Source: Bacteroidota bacterium
Lineage (GTDB): Bacteria; Bacteroidota; Bacteroidia; Bacteroidales; TTA-H9
DNA length: 64,000 bases
Direction of reading: 5' to 3'
NCBI GenBank assembly: GCA_003250395.1
Contig: QKGM01000002.1
Coordinates: 23,906 to 87,905, forward strand
The position numbers and the translations under genes are program-made. Shown here piece after piece: positions 19,863 to 29,213 of the stretch (positions are counted from its first letter, which is position 1; each line of letters opens with the position of its first letter). The notes under the pieces were generated by a model that worked only from the letters and a program-made list of their open reading frames with translations, did no database searches and had not been told where the DNA came from.

Positions 19863-21035
19863 ATGACACATATTACTTATGACCTTCGTTGTGGAGGTCG
19901 CGATTCGAATTCGTTCTATCAGGAAATCAGCGGTTTCGCTACCGAGGTAAATGTCCGTATCGAAGATCGTCTTGGTGCCACCATTGATTCTATGATTTCG
20001 TTTGTCAGGGAAAATTCGTTGGAACGGCCCCGCAGCCGGGCCGAGTATGCTGTCGAACTGCTCACCATCGGTATGGCCTGGGACAGGTATCTTGGAGCGG
20101 CACAGCGAACGCCGTGGATAACTACCATGCTCCTGCAACGTCTCTATAATATTCGCCGTTCAAACCAACGCCTTAAGCCTGTGGCTGACAGCCTCAGAGG
20201 GATTATCAGCGGACGTTGTATTGTGCCGCGTATTGGAGCACCCGCGAAGGATTCTTCATTTTCGTCGGATACCCTAAAGCTCCTGATTCGCTGGCTTGGC
20301 GCAACAGGTGAATTTAAAGATGAGACCCGGAGAATGCAATCATGGTATCTCTTTTTTAAACATCAGCAGCCTGGTTATTCAGGGAGTGTTTTGAAAGAGG
20401 TGTTGGCTGTTTTTGACTGGTTCAGGGAAAAATCGAAAGAGAGATTGGGTAAATACACCACCGGTGTTGATTCATTTTTGAAAGAGCAGCACCCCGCGTA
20501 CCGTCACCGTGAAGACGTTATTTTTTGCGGGAAGCAGGAAGTTGAATACCATTTGAATATGGTAGGTGCCGAGATCATGAACCGGGGATTTGCCCCCGGG
20601 TACAGGAAGACTACCCATAAAACCCTGCTCGTACCCGGATGTATGCGACCCAACGATGGTGTTAGCTGTAAAGCCAATATGGAGGGGATGAATATTACCT
20701 GTACCGGTTGCACGCCTGAATGCAGGGTTAACCGGTTGCGGCAAATCGGGTTGCTGAATGATTTTGATGTTTTTATTGTACCCCATTCTTCAGGGTTCAC
20801 CCAATGGTTGAAGCGTTGGGAGAATAATGAAGAAACAGGGCTTATAGCTGTTGCTTGTCTGCTCAATCTTGTCCCGGGAGGTTACGAGATGCGTGAGCTT
20901 AATATCCCGGCACAGTGTCTGTTGCTCGATTTTTGTGGTTGCAGGAAACACTGGCACCCACGGGGAATTGTTACCGAGGTTAATGAACAGCGGTTACTTG
21001 AACTGGTACAGTTGGCTGGCCACAGGCTTAATTAG
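19863..21035 (+). CDS. DUF116 domain-containing Cys-rich protein
   Basis: EYHLNMVGAEIMNR, VPGCMR..C..C..C...C, IVPHSS, AVACLLNLVPGG and PAQC..LDFCGC..HW. Start set at MTHITY. Confidence 0.8.
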   Translation: MTHITYDLRCGGRDSNSFYQEISGFATEVNVRIEDRLGATIDSMISFVRENSLERPRSRAEYAVELLTIGMAWDRYLGAAQRTPWITTMLLQRLYNIRRSNQRLKPVADSLRGIISGRCIVPRIGAPAKDSSFSSDTLKLLIRWLGATGEFKDETRRMQSWYLFFKHQQPGYSGSVLKEVLAVFDWFREKSKERLGKYTTGVDSFLKEQHPAYRHREDVIFCGKQEVEYHLNMVGAEIMNRGFAPGYRKTTHKTLLVPGCMRPNDGVSCKANMEGMNITCTGCTPECRVNRLRQIGLLNDFDVFIVPHSSGFTQWLKRWENNEETGLIAVACLLNLVPGGYEMRELNIPAQCLLLDFCGCRKHWHPRGIVTEVNEQRLLELVQLAGHRLN

Positions 21036-21111
21036 TGTAGCCTGATAACCTTGTGGTTTTGATAGCTTGTTACCATGGTAGCACAGTAGCATTGAAGGTT
21101 ATTCAAACAAA

Positions 21112-21132
21112 ACCAGCCCCGTCGGGGCTGGT
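21112..21132 (-). terminator. Intrinsic terminator between the convergent DUF116 and USP genes
   Basis: Perfect hairpin ACCAGCCCC-GTC-GGGGCTGGT with an A-tract on its left (U-tract on the minus strand). Confidence 0.75.
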
Positions 21133-21211
21133 ACAAATGATGTTTTGGTTTTATTTTAATCTTTCCCTGAACGGAATTGATAATAGTACCGGAGTGCCGG
21201 TCATGGTTATA

Positions 21212-22060
21212 TCAGGCAGTCAGTACGCGTATCAGTTCTTTCGAGTGAACACACATCACCGGGAAGGGAGACCTGTTGACCATTTGCTGGGCGTAAGGTC
21301 CCAGGAACAGGCTCGACATCTTGGCGTCCTGTTCGGTCATGATGATGATGAGGTTGGCGTCCACTTTCCTGGCATATTCGATGGTATTTTCAAGCATGTT
21401 TTTGCCCTTGATCGAAGCTTTCACCAATTTTACATTGGCTTTTTGAAGATATTTGATGGTTTGCTGGGCATAATGGTTGGTAGTGACCATTACCTCGTGG
21501 GTAGGGGCTGCATAGGTTGCCAGAACGTGGATTTCGGCGTCGAATAATTGAGCCAGTTTACAGGCAATAGGAACTTTTTGTCTGGTTTCGAGTGTATGGT
21601 CAATAGGAAGGATAATACGTTTAAGCACATGATCTACGTGTACACCTTCCCTGATGGTAATCACCGGGCAATGTGCATTTGATACGATCCTGAAAGCATT
21701 ACTTCCCATCCAGAATTCTTCGAAACCTGAAGCCCCGTGTGTACCAGCCACGATAAGCCATGCATCACGTTCGCGCGCTTCATTTACGACTTCCTGATAA
21801 ACCTTTCCTTCGCGGATCCGGTATATCAGTCTACTGTCGGGCATCAGGCTCTGATATCGTTCCGAGAGTTCTTCGAACAGCTTGGTGGCTTCGTCGATAG
21901 GATCGGAGTATTTGTAAATAGTACGCTGGGGCTTGTGGGGGTTGTGTACAAACACCATCACCACATTGCTTTTCGACAGTTTAGCGATGCTGATAGCGTG
22001 TTCAAGAGCATTGATTGAACAGAGAGAAAAGTCGATGGCAACTACAATCTCGTTTCTCAT
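21212..22060 (-). CDS. Universal stress protein (tandem USP domains)
   Basis: IVVAIDFS..S.NAL, GTHGASGFEEFWMGSNAFRIV..AHCPVITI, and a second domain ending LGPYAQQMVNRSPFPV. Confidence 0.93.
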   Translation of the reverse strand: MRNEIVVAIDFSLCSINALEHAISIAKLSKSNVVMVFVHNPHKPQRTIYKYSDPIDEATKLFEELSERYQSLMPDSRLIYRIREGKVYQEVVNEARERDAWLIVAGTHGASGFEEFWMGSNAFRIVSNAHCPVITIREGVHVDHVLKRIILPIDHTLETRQKVPIACKLAQLFDAEIHVLATYAAPTHEVMVTTNHYAQQTIKYLQKANVKLVKASIKGKNMLENTIEYARKVDANLIIIMTEQDAKMSSLFLGPYAQQMVNRSPFPVMCVHSKELIRVLTA

Positions 22061-22083
22061 AAGAAAATGATTTGATGATTTTA

Positions 22084-22497
22084 TTATAACTTATCGTACA
22101 TTACCTTATCAGGTACAACATAAGCGTTTGGAAATTCAGTGATTACCAGTTGCCTGAAGCCTTCAGCATCCATACGGGTTCTGAAATCACCTACCCTGAC
22201 TTTGTAATAGGGTTCATTGAAAGTCAGATATGCCCCATATTCGGGGAATAGTTCAGTGAAGCGATCACGCGCGTTGATTGCTAATTGCTTTGAGTTGTTT
22301 CCTGATTCGAAATAGACCTGTACACGCCATCCTTCAATTGCAGGATTGGCTTTATTGTGTTCAATATGACGAATCAAAAGGGTATCAATTCGTGCATCCT
22401 GCTTTATGACAAGAGTTCCTTGTGCTGACTGGGCATTTACCAGTGTTGAAAGGAGACAGATAATAACAACAGAAAGTATGTTAATGGCATGTTTCAT
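22084..22497 (-). CDS. SPOR domain-containing secreted protein
   Basis: Signal peptide; GWRVQVY, PYYKVRVGDFRTRMDA and FPNAYVV. Confidence 0.88.
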   Translation of the reverse strand: MKHAINILSVVIICLLSTLVNAQSAQGTLVIKQDARIDTLLIRHIEHNKANPAIEGWRVQVYFESGNNSKQLAINARDRFTELFPEYGAYLTFNEPYYKVRVGDFRTRMDAEGFRQLVITEFPNAYVVPDKVMYDKL

Positions 22498-22582
22498 TTG
22501 GCGTTTATCTGGTTCAGCAGTGAGAAATAACGGTTGTATCTGAGGCATTATTTTACTATACTGTATAGGAAATCATTTTAAT

Positions 22583-23416
22583 CTACACTTTATATTGACC
22601 CGGCTGGATACTCAGTACCGGAACAGGAGAGTCGTTGACCACCTGACGTGCAAAGGGACCTAAAATGTTTGATCCCGCATTTCCCTGTTCTGTCATAATG
22701 CTGATGAGTTGAGCCCCAACATTGCCTGTATAGTCAAGGAGGCCCTTCACGAGGTTATCGGTTTCAACAACTGATATAACAGTCTCTACTCCCATTTTAC
22801 GGGCTTCACCAGCTGCTTTTCTGGAGTAGCTCTCAATTTTGGTTCTGAGCGATTTGGTAGAAACAGTCATCATGGCGGCAATGTGTACAATGGCTTCTAC
22901 ATTTTTGGCGAATTCCAATGTAAAAGGCAACTTGTGAAGAGTTTCCAGGGTACTGTCGACAGGCATCACGATGGAGTCAATCCTGCGCCCGGCATCCGCG
23001 TCATGTCGTAAAGTAATTACAGGGCAGGGCGAATGAGAAACAATCCTGTAAGCATTACTGCCAATCCACCCTTCTTCAAATCCACTGACACCATGAGTGC
23101 CTGCAATAATGATATCGGCTTCACTCAAGATTGCCTGACGGGAAACCTCCTGATATACTTTTCCCTTACGAAGTTTGTAAAAAATTCTGCCTGAATGAAT
23201 TTTTGAGCCATAGCGGCCGACGAGTTCCTCAAAATGTTCGCGGGCTTCATTGCGCAGTTCATTCTTCACGTTTTCATATATTGATTCACGTTCAGTCTGA
23301 TGATCTACCCAAACAAGTGTAAGCCCGGCACCCGTACGATTTGCCAATCCAATCGAAAACTCAAGGGAACAGATCGATTCGGGTGAAAAGTCGATGGCTG
23401 TTAATATCTGTTTCAT
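22583..23416 (-). CDS. Universal stress protein (tandem USP domains)
   Basis: ILTAIDFS, GTHGVSGFEEGWIGSNAYRIVSHSPCPVITL and LGPFARQVVNDSPVPV; paralogue of 21212-22060. Confidence 0.93.
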   Translation of the reverse strand: MKQILTAIDFSPESICSLEFSIGLANRTGAGLTLVWVDHQTERESIYENVKNELRNEAREHFEELVGRYGSKIHSGRIFYKLRKGKVYQEVSRQAILSEADIIIAGTHGVSGFEEGWIGSNAYRIVSHSPCPVITLRHDADAGRRIDSIVMPVDSTLETLHKLPFTLEFAKNVEAIVHIAAMMTVSTKSLRTKIESYSRKAAGEARKMGVETVISVVETDNLVKGLLDYTGNVGAQLISIMTEQGNAGSNILGPFARQVVNDSPVPVLSIQPGQYKV

Positions 23417-23766
23417 GACTTTACGGTTTTTCTGAAAAGAGAGCCAGCGCCAATCCCATTACCGATGACATCTTTCCATATTGTTTTGCTAAATTACAAC
23501 TAATACTAAAGGAAACGATACCTTAAGGGTACTACAATCGAAAAAAATGGGCTATTTGTCCGGACTTCATTATTGTCATCATGTTTTCGGCCTTTCGGTT
23601 TTGTCTTCTTTGAAATCACCCGGGCTCAGAAAATTGTAAGGCTTCACTGAATCTGATTACCCTTTGGGAAGATTTACCCCTTAACAATGGATCAGGGAAA
23701 GTGCCTGGTAAAGGGATACATTACTGACTCGCCGATATCTGGCGCGGTGAATTGAAATTCTGTCAC

Positions 23767-23774
23767 TACCTTTG
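23767..23774 (+). promoter_or_regulatory. Bacteroidota -7 promoter box (TACCTTTG) for ruvB-queG
   Basis: TAnnTTTG match about 50 nt upstream of the ruvB ATG. Confidence 0.65.
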
Positions 23775-23824
23775 CAACAGGCAACAAGTAAATACCTACA
23801 CTTGTTGGTGATAACTATTTTATT

Positions 23825-24859
23825 ATGAATCAGAATCTTGATGCAAGCGGGAATGCCCTTTCACCGGCTGAACGTGAGTTGGAAAAAGCACTCAGGCCAC
23901 TCAGTTTTGATGACTTCTCGGGACAGCCCCAGGTGGTTGACAATCTGAGCGTATTTGTTGCAGCCGCCAGACAACGTGGCGAAGCCCTCGATCATGTATT
24001 GCTTCATGGCCCCCCGGGTTTGGGAAAAACCACCTTATCGTATATCATAGCAAATGAGTTGGGTGTTGGTATCAAGATGTCGTCAGGGCCAGTGCTTGAT
24101 AAGCCTGGTGACCTAGCGGGTTTGCTTACAAATCTTGAACCCAATGATGTCTTGTTCATTGATGAGATACACAGGTTAAGCTCTGTAATAGAAGAATATC
24201 TCTATTCGGCGATGGAAGATTATAAGATCGACATAATGATCGAAACAGGCCCCAATGCCCGTAGTGTACAAATAGCGCTGAATCCTTTTACCCTTATTGG
24301 TGCCACCACCCGAAGCGGACTTCTGACGGCTCCCTTAAGGAGCAGGTTTGGGATCAATGCACGGCTCTCGTACTATGATTCAGATACGCTGGCGCGTATT
24401 GTTATGCGTTCTGCTGCTATCCTGAGGGTTGAAATCGCTTCTAACGCGGCTCTTGAGATTGCCAGGCGGAGCAGGGGGACGCCTCGTATCGCGAACCTGT
24501 TGTTGCGCAGGGTACGTGACTTCGCCCAAATAAGGGGAACCGGAAGAATCGATATGGAGATTGTTAAGTATTCACTGACGGCATTAAATGTTGATCAGCA
24601 TGGACTTGATGAGATGGATAACCGCATCCTGACAGCTATTATCGACAAATTTGGAGGGGGGCCGGTAGGTCTGACAACTATCGCTACAAGTGTAGGGGAG
24701 GATCCGGGAACCATTGAAGAGGTGTATGAGCCATTTCTGATTCAGGAGGGATTTATTCAACGAACGCCACGGGGGCGTGAAGTGACAGCATTGGCTTACA
24801 AGCACCTGAAACGTGTCATGCCTTTGACGGGGAATCAGGGAATTCTGGATTTGGAGTGA
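23825..24859 (+). CDS. ruvB: Holliday junction branch migration helicase RuvB
   Basis: [44 protein letters not shown] and [17 protein letters not shown]. Confidence 0.98.
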   Translation: MNQNLDASGNALSPAERELEKALRPLSFDDFSGQPQVVDNLSVFVAAARQRGEALDHVLLHGPPGLGKTTLSYIIANELGVGIKMSSGPVLDKPGDLAGLLTNLEPNDVLFIDEIHRLSSVIEEYLYSAMEDYKIDIMIETGPNARSVQIALNPFTLIGATTRSGLLTAPLRSRFGINARLSYYDSDTLARIVMRSAAILRVEIASNAALEIARRSRGTPRIANLLLRRVRDFAQIRGTGRIDMEIVKYSLTALNVDQHGLDEMDNRILTAIIDKFGGGPVGLTTIATSVGEDPGTIEEVYEPFLIQEGFIQRTPRGREVTALAYKHLKRVMPLTGNQGILDLE

Positions 24860-24872
24860 GAGGTTTTAGTTT

Positions 24873-25820
24873 ATGCCGGAAACCACCCAACAAACGATAC
24901 GCCATCTGGCACTTGAAGCCGGTTTTGATTTCTGTGGATTCACAGGAACCGACCTGTTGAAAGATGATTTCCAGCGGTTGAAGTCTTGGATTGCTGATGG
25001 ATTTCACGGATCGATGGGATGGATGGAACGAAATCCTGACGTAAGGACTAATCCGGGATTGCTTGTGCCGGGATCGAAATCTGTTATCGTGCTGCTGACG
25101 GGGTATTATACCAGTAGTGGCTACAGGGAAGGTTCATTACAGGTGGCAAGGTATGCCCGTTACAAAGCAGATTATCACGATGTCATCAGACAGCGACTTC
25201 TTCATCTATCTGAGAAGATTAATGCATTGTGGCCTGATGGAGCTGTAAAGTCTTATACAGATACAGGTCCGGTGGCAGAACGTGCACTGGCTGCCCGGGC
25301 AGGATTAGGTTGGATTGGGCGCAACAGTTGTCTGATTGTCCCCGGGGGAGGATCCTATTATTTTATTTCCGTTATTTTCAGCAGGCTTGAATTGAAAGCT
25401 GATCTGCCTGTCATGGCTGATCATTGTCCTCCATCCTGTAACAAATGCCTCGTGGGATGTCCGACGGGTGCACTGGTTGCACCCGGTCGTCTGGATGCCC
25501 GTAAATGTATAGCGTATCATACTATCGAGAACAAAGGCGAAATTGATCAGGTAGTATCCGGAAAGATGAATAACAGGGTTTTTGGTTGCGATATCTGTCA
25601 GGAGGTTTGCCCCTGGAACCGAAGACCGAAGGAAGCCAGACAACCGATTGGCGAAGTAAACATTGTGCTCGAACATCTTGAGCGCGCTGGATGGCAATCT
25701 TTAACGCATAATGAATTCCTTGGATATTTCAGGAAGACTCCGCTTCACCGGACTGGTTATCATCGGATGATGCGGAATGTAGCCGTATGTCTTAAGTCAG
25801 ATTTAGGGGATGTAGATTAA
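24873..25820 (+). CDS. queG: tRNA epoxyqueuosine(34) reductase QueG
   Basis: ARYA...DYHDVI, DTGPVAERALA..AGLGWIGRN, C..C..C..CPTGAL, DARKCIAY.TIE and FGCDICQEVCPWN. Confidence 0.95.
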   Translation: MPETTQQTIRHLALEAGFDFCGFTGTDLLKDDFQRLKSWIADGFHGSMGWMERNPDVRTNPGLLVPGSKSVIVLLTGYYTSSGYREGSLQVARYARYKADYHDVIRQRLLHLSEKINALWPDGAVKSYTDTGPVAERALAARAGLGWIGRNSCLIVPGGGSYYFISVIFSRLELKADLPVMADHCPPSCNKCLVGCPTGALVAPGRLDARKCIAYHTIENKGEIDQVVSGKMNNRVFGCDICQEVCPWNRRPKEARQPIGEVNIVLEHLERAGWQSLTHNEFLGYFRKTPLHRTGYHRMMRNVAVCLKSDLGDVD

Positions 25821-25843
25821 CCAGAAGGTTGTTTCGTCCCGCT

Positions 25844-27946
25844 TTACGATTGCCTGTCTACTTTTATCCTGATTTCACGCCTGATACCCAGTTTCCGCAT
25901 TCGTGAGTCGAGGGTCTTTCCATTTATCCCTAAGAGCCTGGCTGCCCCTTTTTCTCCGCTAACCCTGCCCTGGGTTAATTCCAGTGCCTGAAGAATATGT
26001 TCGGTTTCCAGTTCTTCAAGTGTTTTGAAGTTTTGAAGTTGATGACTTAAGTTCTGAAGGTGAGAGGCAGGCCTGAAATCTGCCAAGTCGAGAAATGGGC
26101 CGTTGCTTATAACAACTGCGCGTTCAATGGTGTGCTCCAGTTCCCTGACATTGCCGGGCCATCGGTAATCAAGCAGGCGCATGAGGTCAGTTTCGCTGAC
26201 TTTCATGATCGGTTTCCCGATACGACGGCAATAAAGTTCAATGAAATAGTTTATAAATTCCGGAATATCTTCATGCCGGTTCCGGAGAGGGGGGATATCA
26301 ATTGGAAACACGTTAAGCCGATAAAAGAGGTCTGAACGGAATTTTCCCTGTTCTGCCTCATTCTCCAGATTACGGTTTGTTGCAGCTATGATTCTTACAT
26401 CGGTTCGAATGACAGAACGCCCGCCTATTCTTTCAAATTCTTTTTCCTGGATCACTCGTAGCAGTTTGGCCTGAACTTCCAGTGGCAGTTCCCCGATTTC
26501 ATCCAGAAAGATAGTTCCTCCGTTTGCCAGTTCAAACTTACCGATTCTTCGCTCGGTAGCACCTGTAAAGCTTCCTTTCTCATGACCAAAAAGTTCAGAT
26601 TCGATTAGTTGTGATGGCAGTGCAGCACAGTTTACTTTGATCAGGGGACCATTCGTGCGTAACGAATTGTTATGTAAGGCGACAGCTACTAATTCTTTCC
26701 CTACACCAGTCTCTCCCTGAATCAGCACTGTCGTGTCAATAGGGGCAACCTGCTTCACGCGTCGCAGAGTAGAAATCATGGCATCACTCCGGGCGATAAA
26801 ACCTTTGTCGTGCATCTTTTCACTCATCTCTCCGAGCAAAGAAAGCTTTTCCTGTTCCAGTTGACTACGCAGGGTATTGATCTCAGCAAACGCGTAGTAG
26901 TTTTCCAGAATAAGTTGGAGTTGGGGTACCATGAGTTGAAGCAGTTCCAGTTCAGTCGGGGTGAATGAATCATGCTTGCTGCTACCAAGAAAGAATATTA
27001 TTTCGGCATCGGCATCTGATCGAAGTGATACGAAAACTCCTCCATTAAGTGGAAGTTGGTTTAGAAGATGGTTTTGATATTCCTTTTTAGAGGCCACCAT
27101 GTTGATATCTTCTTCGTTAAGCCTGAATACTTTTTGTCTGGAATTAAAGATATCGATGTGTCGGGATATTTCATTGGAGTCCAGCATGACCCCTTCAGGG
27201 AGTCTGAAAAACCTGAAGGAACCTTCACTGTCTTTGAGGAAACTTACTTCGAGCCGGGCTTCAAATGTGTTACTTATGACTACTATGTTGAAGAAGTCAA
27301 AGTTTACCCTGGTGTTTAGTTCGTAGGCAAGGTGCAGAAAAACATCAGGCTGATTGATGACCGAAAGTATCTTGTTGGTGAATTCGAGTTGGAAGCTGAA
27401 GAATTCCTGCCGTAGTTTGATATCCTGGTAATTGCGGGTATTGATGACGGCGCTGGCCATTAGGTTTCCAATGGCAAGCAATAGTGGAAAGTGATCATCA
27501 GGAATCGACATCGGTCTGCGGCACCCAAGAATTAAAAAACCTTGAAGTGCTCCCCCGAACAACAGGGGGATATATACCATTTCAATTATTCCAATGGCTC
27601 TGATAGCTTCGGCTGATTCTTTGAATTCTTCCGGAAAGCCGCTGACTACCAAAGGAGTTCTGATAACTTTTGGTGCTTCCATGTCGAAACACAGAGGAGG
27701 TTCAGACAGCGTTTTTATCTGAAAATCTGATGGATGATTAAGCAGGGCTCCGTTCCCGGTAGTTATCTCCGATCCGGTCCAGAATATATTTCCTACCCCT
27801 TTCCCGGTATCTATCTGAATTATTCCGGAAATATGATAATCAAACCACTTCTTCAGTTGGTTATGAATAGTCTGGAACAGAGTCTCTTTTTCCTGAATGG
27901 TGGCGATAACCTCTCCAATTGTAACCAATAATTCCGTTTCGTGCAT
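25844..27946 (-). CDS. Sigma54-dependent enhancer-binding protein (2x GAF-like, AAA+, Fis-type HTH; FhlA/NifA-like)
   Basis: [53 protein letters not shown] and C-terminal GAARLLGI...L..RMRKLGI. Confidence 0.93.
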   Translation of the reverse strand: MHETELLVTIGEVIATIQEKETLFQTIHNQLKKWFDYHISGIIQIDTGKGVGNIFWTGSEITTGNGALLNHPSDFQIKTLSEPPLCFDMEAPKVIRTPLVVSGFPEEFKESAEAIRAIGIIEMVYIPLLFGGALQGFLILGCRRPMSIPDDHFPLLLAIGNLMASAVINTRNYQDIKLRQEFFSFQLEFTNKILSVINQPDVFLHLAYELNTRVNFDFFNIVVISNTFEARLEVSFLKDSEGSFRFFRLPEGVMLDSNEISRHIDIFNSRQKVFRLNEEDINMVASKKEYQNHLLNQLPLNGGVFVSLRSDADAEIIFFLGSSKHDSFTPTELELLQLMVPQLQLILENYYAFAEINTLRSQLEQEKLSLLGEMSEKMHDKGFIARSDAMISTLRRVKQVAPIDTTVLIQGETGVGKELVAVALHNNSLRTNGPLIKVNCAALPSQLIESELFGHEKGSFTGATERRIGKFELANGGTIFLDEIGELPLEVQAKLLRVIQEKEFERIGGRSVIRTDVRIIAATNRNLENEAEQGKFRSDLFYRLNVFPIDIPPLRNRHEDIPEFINYFIELYCRRIGKPIMKVSETDLMRLLDYRWPGNVRELEHTIERAVVISNGPFLDLADFRPASHLQNLSHQLQNFKTLEELETEHILQALELTQGRVSGEKGAARLLGINGKTLDSRMRKLGIRREIRIKVDRQS

Positions 27947-28154
27947 ATCAACATTTTCTTAAATAAAAGAAGCACAAATATACAATTTCTTTTATTTAGG
28001 AAAATAGAGTTTAAGGAGATAAATACATATAATTGAATATTAGGTTTTTGTATTTATTTTCCTGGTAGATGATAGATCTGGCATGACATTGGTATGGAGT
28101 ATTGCATAAAGAATAGAAGAACTAAATTAAATTACAAAATAAGTGAGCATAAAC

Positions 28155-29213
28155 ATGAAAGAACAAACGAAATTAAGCTATACACTACGTTGGATTTGGA
28201 TGATAGCCCTACCGATGACAACTGCCTGTACGGGTGCAGGAGGACATGAAAATCAAAAAGAAGCTGTACGGCAACCTGTTAGGATAGAAGTTGCACCAGC
28301 AACTATAGCTGGCCGTGAAGTTGGTTTCAGGTATAATGGAACCATAGAGCCTCAACGTACAACGCCCTTAAGTTTTCAAATCAATGGTACTATAGAAAAA
28401 GTTTTTGTGGATGAGGGCGATGCTGTGAGAGCCGGAGAATTGCTGGCTACACTTGATGCCACAGATTTCACCAATGCAAAAAACACAACGAAGGCTGCAT
28501 ATGAGCGGGCGCTTGATGCATACAACAGGCTGAAGCCTGTTCATGAAAGTGGGAGCCTGCCCGATGTGAAGTGGGTTGAAGTAACCACGACTCTTGAGCA
28601 GGCAAGAGCGATGCTGAATATGGCTGAGAATAATCTGAAGAAGACTTCGCTTTATGCACCTGAAGATGGAATTATTGGAACCCGGAAGGCAGAACCCGGG
28701 ATGAGTTCTCTGCAGGTAGAAGCTCCTTTCGTAATCATCGATATTAGGAAAGTTTTGGTAAAAATTGCTGTACCTGAACAGGAAGTTCCTTTGGTGAGCA
28801 AAAATGCAAAAGCATCCATACTGGTTCGTGCACTTGGAAACAAAACATACCAGGGGATTGTGAGAAGCATTGGTGTTTCGGCAAATGTTATTTCAAGAAC
28901 CTATGATATCAAGATCGAAGTGGATAACCCTGGATCACAACTGCTTCCCGGGATGGTTTGCGATGTTAATCTGGATGGAATGGTAACCGATAGCGTGCTT
29001 ACAGTTCCTTCAACTGCGATTACTACCGATTCCTACGGAAAGCCCCAGGTTTATCTGCTCGATCATAAGACTATGCAGGTTGACCGCAGAAGTGTGGTCA
29101 CCGGCCCTTATATCGGAAACGATATCACCATACTGAAAGGTCTGGCAGCAGGCGATGATGTGGTTGTGAAAGGAAAAGAAAAGATTTACCCCCATTGTAA
29201 AGTTGCGCTATGA
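28155..29213 (+). CDS. RND efflux periplasmic adaptor (MFP), probable lipoprotein
   Basis: Lipobox-like TTAC; LSFQINGTIEKVFVDEGDAV..GELLATLD; LYAPEDGII; LLPGM; GLAAGDDVVVKG. Confidence 0.93.
   Translation: MKEQTKLSYTLRWIWMIALPMTTACTGAGGHENQKEAVRQPVRIEVAPATIAGREVGFRYNGTIEPQRTTPLSFQINGTIEKVFVDEGDAVRAGELLATLDATDFTNAKNTTKAAYERALDAYNRLKPVHESGSLPDVKWVEVTTTLEQARAMLNMAENNLKKTSLYAPEDGIIGTRKAEPGMSSLQVEAPFVIIDIRKVLVKIAVPEQEVPLVSKNAKASILVRALGNKTYQGIVRSIGVSANVISRTYDIKIEVDNPGSQLLPGMVCDVNLDGMVTDSVLTVPSTAITTDSYGKPQVYLLDHKTMQVDRRSVVTGPYIGNDITILKGLAAGDDVVVKGKEKIYPHCKVAL

Noticed and set aside
21053-21547. 164-aa plus-strand ORF, and similar 60-170 aa antisense ORFs throughout the track
   Set aside because: They overlap well-supported genes on the opposite strand or frame and show no recognisable motifs.
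23640-23760. Possible cobalamin-type riboswitch before ruvB (AGGGAA, GGGAAG words)
   Set aside because: Lacks the GCCACTG and CCCGC.ACTGT conserved boxes, and lies upstream of the ruvB promoter box.
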